A stretch of 64,000 nucleotides of DNA from Bacteriovoracaceae bacterium (GTDB lineage: Bacteria > Bdellovibrionota > Bacteriovoracia > Bacteriovoracales > Bacteriovoracaceae), in assembly GCA_041586955.1 (NCBI GenBank), contig JBFGZE010000004.1:1-64000 (forward strand). The letters run 5' to 3'. Position 1 is the stretch's first letter; each line of letters starts with the position of its first letter. The translations under genes were made by a program, and so were the position numbers. This document shows positions 28,712 to 38,505 of this stretch, piece by piece. Below the pieces are notes generated by a model that saw only the letters and a list, made by a program, of their open reading frames with translations, was not told the DNA's origin and ran no database searches.

Positions 28712-30616
28712 ATGACTACGTTATTTACAAAAGAAGATGCTGAAAAAATTTATCATGTAAAAAAATGGGGCAATGGCTATTTTACAATCAATGATAAAGG
28801 TGAATTAACCGCAACTCCAGATTCAAAGTCACCTCCTATAGTTATTAATGAAGTAATCAAGGAAATGAAGGCACAGAATATCACTCTTCCGGCAGTCATT
28901 CGGTTTCACGATATTTTAAGAGAGAGAGTGAAAATTCTAAATAAAAAGTTTCGTGACATAATAGAAGAGGCAAATTATGAAGGACGCTATATGGGCGTCT
29001 ATCCGATAAAAGTTAACCAAATGCGTGAAGTGGTCGAAGAGATTATCGAAGCAGGATCAAAATTTGATTTTGGTATTGAAGCAGGCTCCAAGGCCGAGCT
29101 TCTCACTGCACTTGCTTTTAATGACAACACAAACTCACTAACAATCCTTAATGGATATAAAGACGAAGATTATTTACGACTTGGTCTCATGGGCACAAAG
29201 CTCGGTAAAAAAATAGTCATTGTTATAGAGAAATTCTCAGAACTTCCAAAACTATTAAAATTATCCAAGGAAATGGGCGTCACTCCCTTGATTGGAATTC
29301 GCGCAAAACTATCCATTCAAAGCCAGGGAAGATGGGCAAAGTCGTGTGGCGACAAGGCAAAATTTGGCCTCACCATTGCAGAAATACTTAATGCCGTTCA
29401 ATTACTCGAGGATAGCCACTTAAAAGAAAGTATTAAGTTATTTCACTTCCATATTGGAAGCCAAATTTCCGATATTAGAACCTTTAAAGATGCTCTTAAT
29501 GAAGGTGGACGTATTTACGCCAAGCTCATAAAAATGGGCGTTAACCTTCAGTACTTCGATGTAGGTGGCGGCTTAGGTGTCGATTATGACGGCAGTCGCT
29601 CAACTAATGACTCTTCAACTAATTATAGTATTTCTGAATACGCTGCTGACATCGTCTATGGACTTAAACAAATTTGCGATCTAGAAGGTGTCCCCCACCC
29701 CTCAATTGTAACGGAAAGTGGTCGAGCAATTACCGCTCACCATTCCTGTGTCATCACTAATATCATCGATAAAATCTCAGCTGACCAAATGGTTTATGAA
29801 ACTAAAAAAATGGCCGGCGAACATATCCTTGTTGATAATATGAGAGACTTGATTAATCTTCTCACATCAGAAAATTATCAAGAAATCTATAATGATGCTC
29901 TTCAATACCGAGAAGAGTCCCTTCAGGCCTTTAAGCTAGGAATCCTCTCGCTTGTCGAAAGGGCAAAAATCGACACTCTTTTCAATCAAATAATGAATAG
30001 TATTGTTCCTATCATTGCAAATAATGATTTTATTCCAGAGGGCCTTCAGAGCCTAAAAGAAAAACTATCTCCTCAATATCTATGTAATTTCTCCGTATTT
30101 CAATCTGCTGCGGATACCTGGGCCATTCAACAATTGCTCCCAATCATGCCTATTACTCGGCTAAACGAAAAGCCTACTCAAAACTGCTCTATTGCTGATA
30201 TCACTTGTGATTCCGATGGAAAAATTGACCGCTTTATTTCTCTTGATGGTATCGCCAACACCGTTCCCCTTCACGAGTTAAAACACGACGAAGAATACCT
30301 TATTGGCCTATTTTTAACTGGCGCTTATCAAGATGTCATGGGAGATATGCATAATCTATTTGGTCGACTCAATGAAGTTCATATCTATTCTGATGCTGCT
30401 GATCCGCAAGGATTTTACATTGAAGAGTTTATTCAAGGAAATAGTGCCTCTAATGTCTTAGCGACCATGCAATATAATCCTGAATACATGGCCCAGAAAA
30501 TGAAAAAAATGGTTAACAAGGAAATTAGCCGAGGAAGGATTCTTCCTCGGGAAGGTGTTAAACTAGTTAACTTTTACGAAGAGTGTTTAAAAAGCTACAC
30601 TTATTTAAAGCACTAA
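28712..30616 (+). CDS. speA: Biosynthetic arginine decarboxylase
   Basis: YPIKVNQ PLP lysine, EAGSKAEL, HFHIGSQI, DVGGGLGVDYDG, DITCDSDG, GAYQDVMGDMHNLFG. Confidence 0.97.
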   Translation: MTTLFTKEDAEKIYHVKKWGNGYFTINDKGELTATPDSKSPPIVINEVIKEMKAQNITLPAVIRFHDILRERVKILNKKFRDIIEEANYEGRYMGVYPIKVNQMREVVEEIIEAGSKFDFGIEAGSKAELLTALAFNDNTNSLTILNGYKDEDYLRLGLMGTKLGKKIVIVIEKFSELPKLLKLSKEMGVTPLIGIRAKLSIQSQGRWAKSCGDKAKFGLTIAEILNAVQLLEDSHLKESIKLFHFHIGSQISDIRTFKDALNEGGRIYAKLIKMGVNLQYFDVGGGLGVDYDGSRSTNDSSTNYSISEYAADIVYGLKQICDLEGVPHPSIVTESGRAITAHHSCVITNIIDKISADQMVYETKKMAGEHILVDNMRDLINLLTSENYQEIYNDALQYREESLQAFKLGILSLVERAKIDTLFNQIMNSIVPIIANNDFIPEGLQSLKEKLSPQYLCNFSVFQSAADTWAIQQLLPIMPITRLNEKPTQNCSIADITCDSDGKIDRFISLDGIANTVPLHELKHDEEYLIGLFLTGAYQDVMGDMHNLFGRLNEVHIYSDAADPQGFYIEEFIQGNSASNVLATMQYNPEYMAQKMKKMVNKEISRGRILPREGVKLVNFYEECLKSYTYLKH

Positions 30617-30620
30617 AACT

Positions 30621-31601
30621 TTATTTTACAGTTTTAAAGTATCTTAAGAACTCCGACTCTGTGCTAAATAGCATTTTAGTTTTGGCAGTCATCGAGTTTT
30701 TATAGGCGTCCATCGTTCTTAAAAACTCAAAAAACGAAGGGTCTTTAGCGAAAGACTTTGCATAAATCCCTACAGCAATGGCCTCTCCCTTACCTTTTAT
30801 CTTCTCTGCATCTTTATAGGCCTCTGAATCAATCTTCTGTAGATCTCGAGTTAGGCGACCTTCAATCTTGGCCTTCTCTCCTTGACCAATCGAGCGAATC
30901 TTCTGAGCAATTCTCTGCCTTTCAGAAATCATTCTCTCATAGACTTTACGCTCTACAGATTCCTCATAGCTAATTCGTCTTAATTGCACATCAATTAATT
31001 GAATTCCAAGATTACGCAATTCTTTGTCCGCGACTTCCGCAATCATGGTTGAAAGGTTTTCACGACCAACTTGAATTTCATCAATGGAGCCCGTCACTTC
31101 CTCTTCCAGTACGGGTTCACCCTTTGCCTTTCTGTCTTTTAATTCTCTTTCTCGTTCTGCAATTTTATCAATAATTGCGTTTGAATTTCTCACTGCCTCA
31201 ACAAGGTTTTGATTAGATATCACATCCCGAGTGGCAGAATCGAGAATGGCATCAAGTCTTGCCTTCGCACCACTAGTATTGCGAACCGTCTGAATAAACT
31301 TTAAAGCATTTATAATTTTAAAACGTGCCGTCGTATCAACCTTAATATACTTTTTATCCTTTGTAGGGATTTGATTCGGGAACCCATCCCAACTCAAAAT
31401 TCTCTTATCAACATAACGAGCTTCTTGCAAAAATGGTAATTTAAAATGGAGTCCTGCCTCTGTTATAGGTGCTCCAATAGGCTTACCAAATTCAGTAATA
31501 ATGGCCTGCCGACCTTCGTCGACAACAAAGGCGGAAGAAAATGTAACTATAATCAAAGCTAAAATAAGGACAGGCAAAATTGCCAATTTATTTACTTGCA
31601 T
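30621..31601 (-). CDS. hflC: FtsH modulator HflC
   Basis: N-terminal TM, SPFH domain GLHFKLPF, RMISERQRIA, FFEFLRTMDAY. Confidence 0.93.
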   Translation of the reverse strand: MQVNKLAILPVLILALIIVTFSSAFVVDEGRQAIITEFGKPIGAPITEAGLHFKLPFLQEARYVDKRILSWDGFPNQIPTKDKKYIKVDTTARFKIINALKFIQTVRNTSGAKARLDAILDSATRDVISNQNLVEAVRNSNAIIDKIAERERELKDRKAKGEPVLEEEVTGSIDEIQVGRENLSTMIAEVADKELRNLGIQLIDVQLRRISYEESVERKVYERMISERQRIAQKIRSIGQGEKAKIEGRLTRDLQKIDSEAYKDAEKIKGKGEAIAVGIYAKSFAKDPSFFEFLRTMDAYKNSMTAKTKMLFSTESEFLRYFKTVK

Positions 31602-32559
31602 CTGTAACCCCTTTTTCAGAAAACACTGGCAATATACCTTTAATTTTACTATCGACGATTGTTAAGTCGTCGAAGTTTTTGAAAATGGTTTCCATTGTTT
31701 CAATGTAAATTCTTTTTTTAGTAATTGTCGGAGCTCTTTTATACTCTTTTAATACTTCGTTAAATTTTGCGGTATCACCCTTGGCCCTGTTCACTAGCGC
31801 CTCGGCCAATCCTTCTGCTTCAGAGATTAATTTTTCGGCCTTACCACGCGCCTCCGGAATTACTTTATTATAAGCTTCTTCGGCCTGATTAATTACCTTT
31901 TCTTGCTCTTGCTTGGCCTCATTAACCTCATTGAAGGATGGTTTAACCACTTCTGGAGGGTTCACATCCTGTAACTTCACAGTAACAATTTTAACACCCA
32001 TATCGTACTTATTAAGAACATCTTGCATAAGCTTCTGAGCTTCTGTCGCAATCTCAACCCTTCCTGTCGTTAGAACCTCAGTGACATAACGGTCCCCAAC
32101 AACCCGTCTCATAATAGATTCTGAAACGTCCCGTATATTACGCCTTGGTGCTTCTGTTTGAAATAAAAACTTAAAGGGGTCTGAAATTTGATATTGAACA
32201 ACCCATTCTACATCGGCGACATTGAGGTCACCTGTTAGCATGAGAGACTCTCCATCATGCTCACCACTAGAGTATGTCGTTCTTCTGGTGCTCGTGTTTG
32301 TAGTCCGAAAACCAAATTCTTCCTGTAAAACGCGTTTAGATTTTACTTTAATGACCTTATCGACACCAAAAGGAATCTTAAAATGAAAACCTGGCGCTGT
32401 CGTTTGCATATAGCGCCCTAAGCGAATAATAACGGCTTCCTCATCGGGCTCAACAGTATAAAAAACAGTCCTGCCGAATATGACTGTAATCATAATCGCA
32501 ATTACTATCAGGACAGTTTTGGGATTTATGTTCGGTACGTTAAACTCTGGATTTGACAT
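31588..32559 (-). CDS. hflK: FtsH modulator HflK
   Basis: MLTGDLNVADVEWVVQY, LQDVNPPEVVKPSF, IPEARGKA, RIYIETME. Confidence 0.93.
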   Translation of the reverse strand: MSNPEFNVPNINPKTVLIVIAIMITVIFGRTVFYTVEPDEEAVIIRLGRYMQTTAPGFHFKIPFGVDKVIKVKSKRVLQEEFGFRTTNTSTRRTTYSSGEHDGESLMLTGDLNVADVEWVVQYQISDPFKFLFQTEAPRRNIRDVSESIMRRVVGDRYVTEVLTTGRVEIATEAQKLMQDVLNKYDMGVKIVTVKLQDVNPPEVVKPSFNEVNEAKQEQEKVINQAEEAYNKVIPEARGKAEKLISEAEGLAEALVNRAKGDTAKFNEVLKEYKRAPTITKKRIYIETMETIFKNFDDLTIVDSKIKGILPVFSEKGVTDASK

Positions 32560-32562
32560 ATT

Positions 32563-33069
32563 TTACTCCACTTCAAGCATTAAAATGCCTGAATCTAATG
32601 CATCACCTTCTTTTACGTGAATGCTTTTTACGACCCCATCTACTCCACACTTAATTTCATTTTCCATTTTCATTGCTTCCAGGATGACTAGCGTTTGTCC
32701 TTTATAGACCTCATCACCTTCCTTGACTAGGATTTTAACAATCTTGCCTGGCATTTGAGTTAATAAGGCCCCTTCTCCACCACCAGCGAGACCACTTGGC
32801 TTATAACCCCGATACACATCAAAAACACGATCAATACTTAAAATTTTCTTGGGAAGCTTTTGCTTAGCGATCTTACTCCAAGAAACACCATTTTCAGAAT
32901 AAAAATAGGAACCCGCCAATTGGCGTATGATCACAGATTTTTTATTCACTAATTCTGAGTCAACAAATGAAGAGAATTCAAATTCGACCTTATCGCTAGA
33001 GTGAATAATCGTTTTAGTAAGATCAACAACAACTTCATTTTTTTCACTATCAATTAAATAAGTTCTCAT
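32563..33069 (-). CDS. Biotin carboxyl carrier subunit with N-terminal extension
   Basis: QMPGKIVKILV..LEAMKMENEI biotinylation motif. Confidence 0.92.
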   Translation of the reverse strand: MRTYLIDSEKNEVVVDLTKTIIHSSDKVEFEFSSFVDSELVNKKSVIIRQLAGSYFYSENGVSWSKIAKQKLPKKILSIDRVFDVYRGYKPSGLAGGGEGALLTQMPGKIVKILVKEGDEVYKGQTLVILEAMKMENEIKCGVDGVVKSIHVKEGDALDSGILMLEVE

Positions 33070-33072
33070 CTT

Positions 33073-34503
33073 CTACATCCCCAACCTTTTCGCTTCAATT
33101 CCTGCCATTTTTTTGTAAATGGAAGTAAAATCAACTTCAGTATTGATTTTATCCTGAGGTGCGATTTCGCTGATATAGCTTGTTGAATATTTACCCGCGA
33201 TAAAAGTTTCTTCATTCATAATAACTTTATGAAGAGGAATATTCGTTTTTAGTCCTTCGATATAAACACCTTCAAGTGCTGCTCTCATTTTACGGATTGC
33301 AACACTTCGAACGATACCTTTCGCAACAAGCTTGCCAACCATAGGATCAAAGTCGGGCGTCACTTCCAAGTCTTTAAACAAGCAATGATCAAATCTCACC
33401 CCTTGGGGAAAATTCGTCTCAAAGCCCGTTACAAGCCCAGGGGACGGCAACATAGTAATTGGATCTTCGGCACAAATACGACACTCAATAGCGTGACCAC
33501 TGCGAGTAATCCACTCTTGGGAGGGTATATTTAAATCCTCACCAAAAGCAGACTGAATCATGCAAACGATCAAGTCGACGCCCGTAATTTCTTCAGTAAT
33601 AGGATGTTCAACTTGTATTCTCGTATTCATTTCGAGGAAATAAAAAGACTTATCTTCGCCCATAATGAACTCGACAGTACCTGCGGAGTCATAATTGACT
33701 GCTTTTGCGAGTCTCACAGCTGTTTCACATAGCTCTCTTCGAAGCTCTTCATCTTCACCAATAAAAGGCGATGGCGCTTCTTCGATAATTTTTTGGTGAC
33801 GTCTTTGCACTGAGCACTCTCTTTCAAAAAAGTGAAAAACATTACCTTTTTTATCTGCTAGAATCTGAACCTCAATATGACGAGGGTTAAGAATTAGCTT
33901 TTCAACTAATAGATCCCCATTGCCAAAAGCAGATAAAGATTCTCTACCCACCGCCTCGAATTGCTTTTTAATTTCATCTTCATCATAACAAGCTCGCATC
34001 CCGCGACCACCGCCACCAGCAACGGCCTTTAACAAGATAGGGTAACCAATTTCATTCGCGACTTTAATAGCTTCCGCGATGGTCGGGACAGCTTCCGATG
34101 TACCAGGAACGACTGGTACACCTGCTTTTTGAGCTAGCGCCTTAGATGTGGCCTTATCCCCCATTACTTTTATCGCTTCCACGTTTGGACCAATAAAGAC
34201 AATCCCTGCCTTATTCAACTTTTCCGCGAAAATACCATTTTCCGATAAAAAACCATATCCGGGGTGAATACCATCAACCTTGTGCTGAACGGCCAATTCA
34301 ATTATGGCATCCATATTAAGATACGTTTCCGCATTAGTGCTACCTTTCAAATGAATCCATTCATCACAATACTGAAGATGCTGGGCATTCAACTCATTAT
34401 CGGTATAGAACCCAATAGCTGTATGGCCTAGTTCACGACAGGCCCTTGCCACACGATTGGCAATCTCACCTCGATTGGCAATTAGTACTCGTTTCGTTTT
34501 CAT
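33073..34503 (-). CDS. Biotin carboxylase subunit of an acyl-CoA carboxylase
   Basis: LIANRGEIA, HPGYGFLSEN, GGGGRGM, RECSVQRRHQK, FLEMNTRIQVEH. Confidence 0.95.
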   Translation of the reverse strand: MKTKRVLIANRGEIANRVARACRELGHTAIGFYTDNELNAQHLQYCDEWIHLKGSTNAETYLNMDAIIELAVQHKVDGIHPGYGFLSENGIFAEKLNKAGIVFIGPNVEAIKVMGDKATSKALAQKAGVPVVPGTSEAVPTIAEAIKVANEIGYPILLKAVAGGGGRGMRACYDEDEIKKQFEAVGRESLSAFGNGDLLVEKLILNPRHIEVQILADKKGNVFHFFERECSVQRRHQKIIEEAPSPFIGEDEELRRELCETAVRLAKAVNYDSAGTVEFIMGEDKSFYFLEMNTRIQVEHPITEEITGVDLIVCMIQSAFGEDLNIPSQEWITRSGHAIECRICAEDPITMLPSPGLVTGFETNFPQGVRFDHCLFKDLEVTPDFDPMVGKLVAKGIVRSVAIRKMRAALEGVYIEGLKTNIPLHKVIMNEETFIAGKYSTSYISEIAPQDKINTEVDFTSIYKKMAGIEAKRLGM

Positions 34504-36062
34504 AACTGAATATTCCCATGTTTTCTTCTTGGCAATTCGACTTTTTTATCTTTAAGCATACAAAAGTATTCATAAAGTCGAGAACGTGTTTCCTCTGGAA
34601 AAATAACCGAATCCACATAGCCAAGTTCAGCAGCACGATAGGGGTTATTAAATTCTTTTTCATAATTGGTTACAAGTTCAGCCTTTTTCTTATCAAATGC
34701 CTCCCCTTCCAATCCTTTTAGTTCATTTCTAAAAACAATATTAACAGCTCCCTCTGCCCCCATTACTGCAATCTCTGCTGTCGGGTATGCCAAGTTAACA
34801 TCTGCCTTAATATGTTTAGATGCCATTACGTCATAGGCACCACCATAAGCTTTTCTTGTAATCAATGTAATCATGGGGACTGTCGCTTCAGCGTAAGCGT
34901 ATAATAATTTAGATCCATGCTTAATAATGCCTCCGTACTCTTGAACCGTTCCCGGCAAGAATCCTGGGACATCGACCAAAGTTAAAATCGCAATATCAAA
35001 AGCATCGCAAAAACGGACGAAGCGCCCTGCTTTACAGGAAGAGTCAATATCCAATACTCCTGCAAGAACTTGTGGTTGATTGGCAACGATACCTATTTTA
35101 ATGCCACCAATTGAAGCAAAACCACAGATAATATTTTTAGCATAATCTTTATGGACTTCTAAAAATTGACTATCATCCACAATATCCAAAATAATCTCTT
35201 TCATATCATAGGGTTTTTTTGGATTAACTGGAACAGTCTCTTTAATTTTTGTATTATCCCTAAAGACAGAGTCTGCACTAGCTTTGGCCTGAGAATCTCT
35301 AAAATTTGAAGCCGGAAGATATGACATTAATTCTCTAACGCGCTCAAAACAATCATCTTCATCAACACATTTAAATTGGACAACTCCAGATTTTTCATTA
35401 TGGGTGGAGGCACCACCAAGTTCTTCCTTGGTTACTTCTTCGTGTGTCACAGTTTTAATAACATCTGGGCCAGTGACAAACATATAAGATGTTTTGTCTA
35501 CCATAAAAATAAAGTCTGTGATTGCAGGAGAATAAACCGCTCCACCAGCACAAGGCCCCATGACAAGAGATATTTGTGGAATCACCCCAGAGCACTTCAC
35601 ATTACGATAAAAAATATCTGCATACCCAGCAAGAGATTCTACTCCTTCCTGAATTCTTGCTCCACCTGAATCATTCATACCGATGATAGGAATTCTATTC
35701 TCAAGAGCAAAATCCATTATTTTACAAATCTTTTTTGCGTGGGCCGCACCTAAAGCGCCTCCCCAACAAGTGAAGTCTTGGCTAAAAAGAGCTACCTTTT
35801 GGCCGTTTATTTTACCGATCCCAGTAATCACGCCATCACCTAAATAGTGAGTTTTATCGAGACCAAAAGATGCACATTTATGAGTGACAAATTTATCGAA
35901 TTCAATAAAAGAGCCTGGATCAACCAATCTCTCTATTCTTTCACGTGCTGTATATTTACCGGTCGCGTGTTGCTTTTCAATTCTTTCAACACCACCACCA
36001 AGGTTTGCTTTTTCTCTTAATTCTAATAATTCTTGTCGCTTCGTTTCGAGCAAATCGGACAT
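34500..36062 (-). CDS. pccB: Acyl-CoA (propionyl-CoA-type) carboxylase carboxyltransferase beta subunit
   Basis: GKYTARERI, DSGGARIQEG, GPCAGGAVYSPAITD, DVPGFLPG, RKAYGGAY, RKHGNIQL; start set at the ATG at 36062 behind AGGAGG. Confidence 0.9.
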   Translation of the reverse strand: MSDLLETKRQELLELREKANLGGGVERIEKQHATGKYTARERIERLVDPGSFIEFDKFVTHKCASFGLDKTHYLGDGVITGIGKINGQKVALFSQDFTCWGGALGAAHAKKICKIMDFALENRIPIIGMNDSGGARIQEGVESLAGYADIFYRNVKCSGVIPQISLVMGPCAGGAVYSPAITDFIFMVDKTSYMFVTGPDVIKTVTHEEVTKEELGGASTHNEKSGVVQFKCVDEDDCFERVRELMSYLPASNFRDSQAKASADSVFRDNTKIKETVPVNPKKPYDMKEIILDIVDDSQFLEVHKDYAKNIICGFASIGGIKIGIVANQPQVLAGVLDIDSSCKAGRFVRFCDAFDIAILTLVDVPGFLPGTVQEYGGIIKHGSKLLYAYAEATVPMITLITRKAYGGAYDVMASKHIKADVNLAYPTAEIAVMGAEGAVNIVFRNELKGLEGEAFDKKKAELVTNYEKEFNNPYRAAELGYVDSVIFPEETRSRLYEYFCMLKDKKVELPRRKHGNIQL

Positions 36063-36113
36063 AAAAAAACCTCCTAAAGACTGGTGTACTATAACCAATT
36101 CGTCTTTAGGAGG
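36063..36113 (-). terminator. 12-bp hairpin + T7 run whose 3' arm contains the pccB Shine-Dalgarno
   Basis: Minus strand cctcctaaagac-N20-gtctttaggagg-ttttttt-ATG. Confidence 0.75.
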
Positions 36114-36148
36114 CTATTTCTCTGCGTTATGTTCTCAATAAATTGACG

Positions 36149-37729
36149 CTATTCTCCAGATGCTTTTTTCCTCTTATCAAGGTCGTATTTATCAACCTTC
36201 ATAATGAGGCTTGCGCGACTAATTCCCAGCTCTTTTGAGAGCCTTGATTTATTAAAATTACATCGCTTAAGACCTTCTCGAATCATAAAGGTTTCGAGCT
36301 CCTCAAGGGCCTGTCTAAGTGTGCCAGAGGTACTGATATTTCCGAAACTTGACCCTCCACTGCCAGAGCGCCCCGAATGTTCTATAATACGAGGGCTTAG
36401 CAAATCAGGAGTCACCATTTTATCATCGCCGGCCAATACGACAAGGCGTTCGATTTCATTTTCAAGCTCACGAACGTTTCCTGGCCATGGGTAGTCCAAC
36501 ATCTTTTCCATGCATTTCTTAGACATTTGCTTCATCGGTAACCCCGATTCATCACAACGTTTCTTTAAAAAATGCTCCAAAAGGATATGAATGTCGTCGC
36601 TTCTTTCTCTTAACGGAGGTAAGTCCACATTAATTACATTAATACGATAATAAAGATCTTCTCTAAACTCGCCATCTTTCATCATTTGCTTAATATTTTT
36701 ATTCGTAGCGGCGATAATTCTCACATCACAACGTTTAGGAGCTGTCGCTCCAACTGGTAGATAAGTTCCTTCCTGCAAAACACGAAGCAATTTAACCTGC
36801 ATACTAAGGGATGTATCCCCAATCTCATCCAAGAATAGAGTTCCACCATTCGCCTGCTCAAATAAACCTTTCTTATCTTTAATAGCACCAGTAAAGGCAC
36901 CTTTTACGTGACCAAATAATTCGCTGTCTAATAGGTTGTCATTAAAGGCGGAGCAATTTACGGCCAAAAACATATTGTCTTTACGAGGAGAATAAAAATG
37001 AATCGCTTTTGCCACCAATTCTTTACCTGTCCCATTTTCACCTTGCACAAAAACACTTGATTCCGAAGTCGATATTTTATCGAGCAAATGATAAATTTGC
37101 TGCATTTTTTTCGATTTACCAATCATCATATGATAACGATATTTATCCCCTAATTCAGAGTTAAGCTCTTTAATCCGCTCGTCCCTTTTCATGATCTCTT
37201 CATGGAAGTCGACAATCTCTTCTGACACCAAGTCATTTAATTCCTGAAGGTACTCAATATCAACAGCGCTTAAAGGCTTAATGTTCTCAATACAGCTTCT
37301 AACGTCGGCTTCATTTCCACCACATTCTATAACCTGCCCAATCAAATTTTCCTTTTCACTTTCTGTCATAGAGTCAGAGAGAAATGGGTAGGCCAAAACT
37401 GTCCCTTTGTATTCACCGTCTACAGAAATGGAAGAAGCAACACCCTTGATCCCTTTAAAAAAGCTATCGTAAACAACAGGCCCTGGGCCTTGCTCTTTTA
37501 AAAGATCAGTCATTTTTTCAATATCCTGTGCAAGAAATTCATGACCCATCTGGATATTCAATTGTACTTTTAAAAAGTGGTTATTATTCACAAAGTCTTT
37601 TTCTAAATGGTCACTTTGGATTTTAAAATTAGCATCTGCCCAAATAGATTCAACCCCATACCACTTGCTCAAGATTTCATTCAGTTTGGCAATAACATGG
37701 AGAGAACGCATCTCTTTCCAATTAATCAT
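36149..37729 (-). CDS. Sigma-54-dependent Fis-family activator with a probable N-terminal PocR-like sensory domain
   Basis: GENGTGKE, ELFGHVKGAFTGA, GGTLFLDEIG, FREDLYYR, WPGNVRELEN, C-terminal HTH; N-terminal assignment by eye. Confidence 0.88.
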   Translation of the reverse strand: MINWKEMRSLHVIAKLNEILSKWYGVESIWADANFKIQSDHLEKDFVNNNHFLKVQLNIQMGHEFLAQDIEKMTDLLKEQGPGPVVYDSFFKGIKGVASSISVDGEYKGTVLAYPFLSDSMTESEKENLIGQVIECGGNEADVRSCIENIKPLSAVDIEYLQELNDLVSEEIVDFHEEIMKRDERIKELNSELGDKYRYHMMIGKSKKMQQIYHLLDKISTSESSVFVQGENGTGKELVAKAIHFYSPRKDNMFLAVNCSAFNDNLLDSELFGHVKGAFTGAIKDKKGLFEQANGGTLFLDEIGDTSLSMQVKLLRVLQEGTYLPVGATAPKRCDVRIIAATNKNIKQMMKDGEFREDLYYRINVINVDLPPLRERSDDIHILLEHFLKKRCDESGLPMKQMSKKCMEKMLDYPWPGNVRELENEIERLVVLAGDDKMVTPDLLSPRIIEHSGRSGSGGSSFGNISTSGTLRQALEELETFMIREGLKRCNFNKSRLSKELGISRASLIMKVDKYDLDKRKKASGE

Positions 37730-37780
37730 AAAGTACCCCTGGCTAGACCGTAGACGATAGTCTTAATTTTCTTGTCTAAC

Positions 37781-37808
37781 TTTTCGGCAGGAATGATCAA
37801 AAACTTGA
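37781..37808 (-). promoter_or_regulatory. Sigma-28 (FliA)-like promoter upstream of the sigma-54 activator
   Basis: Minus strand TCAAGTTT-N12-GCCGAAAA versus consensus TAAAGTTT-N11/12-GCCGATAA. Confidence 0.5.
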
Positions 37809-37864
37809 CGAGCAATTCTTTAAATTGACTAAAATTTGGATATTAAGCTTATATTTACAGCGGG

Positions 37865-38437
37865 TTACTCGGGAGTACTTGATAAATAAAATTTAATTCT
37901 TTCGGTTAAGGACTCATCTAGCCATTTTTGGGGACCTACAAACTTGTGCAGATGCTTACCCCCTCTAGCAAAAACATAGGTTTCCGGAACCTTTATTGTT
38001 CCAAAAAAAGGCAGATTTTTTCCGTCCGGGTCTAAAACTGTCAAAAAATTAGATGGTAAAGGTTTAAATCTTTTTAAAAATTTTAACACATCTTTTTTTG
38101 TATCATTAGCAGCAACGAGAACAACTAAAACATCTTGATCAGCAAACTTTTCTCCAAATTCTATAAACTCTGGTAACTCCGTTTCACATGGAACACACCA
38201 AGTTCCCCAAAAATGAAAAAGAAAAACTTTTTCCTTTCTTACCTTAAGTGTATCCAGGTTAAAAGGTGTGTTCTCGCTATCTATACCCTGAAAAGAGAAT
38301 TCTGGAAGATTTTGTAGTATTAACGTTTGATTACTAGTCAGCTTCTCTATCTCTTTTTTACGATAGAATGAATAGCCGAAAGTAATTGCAATGATAAGGG
38401 TAATGACGAATATCTTTTGTGAGCCTGACAAAAGCAC
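37865..38437 (-). CDS. TlpA/ResA-like membrane-anchored thiol-disulfide oxidoreductase
   Basis: N-terminal TM, HFWGTWCVPCETELP, VPETYV. Confidence 0.88.
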   Translation of the reverse strand: MLLSGSQKIFVITLIIAITFGYSFYRKKEIEKLTSNQTLILQNLPEFSFQGIDSENTPFNLDTLKVRKEKVFLFHFWGTWCVPCETELPEFIEFGEKFADQDVLVVLVAANDTKKDVLKFLKRFKPLPSNFLTVLDPDGKNLPFFGTIKVPETYVFARGGKHLHKFVGPQKWLDESLTERIKFYLSSTPE

Positions 38438-38445
38438 CTCTCTAT

Positions 38446-38480
38446 AAACAAAAGGACCTTCTTAAAAAAAGAAGGTCCTT
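38446..38480 (-). terminator. Intrinsic terminator after rplQ
   Basis: 11-bp stem aaggaccttct/agaaggtcctt followed by ttgttt on the minus strand. Confidence 0.75.
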
Positions 38481-38505
38481 CCATTTCATTTTTTAATTCG
38501 TGTAA

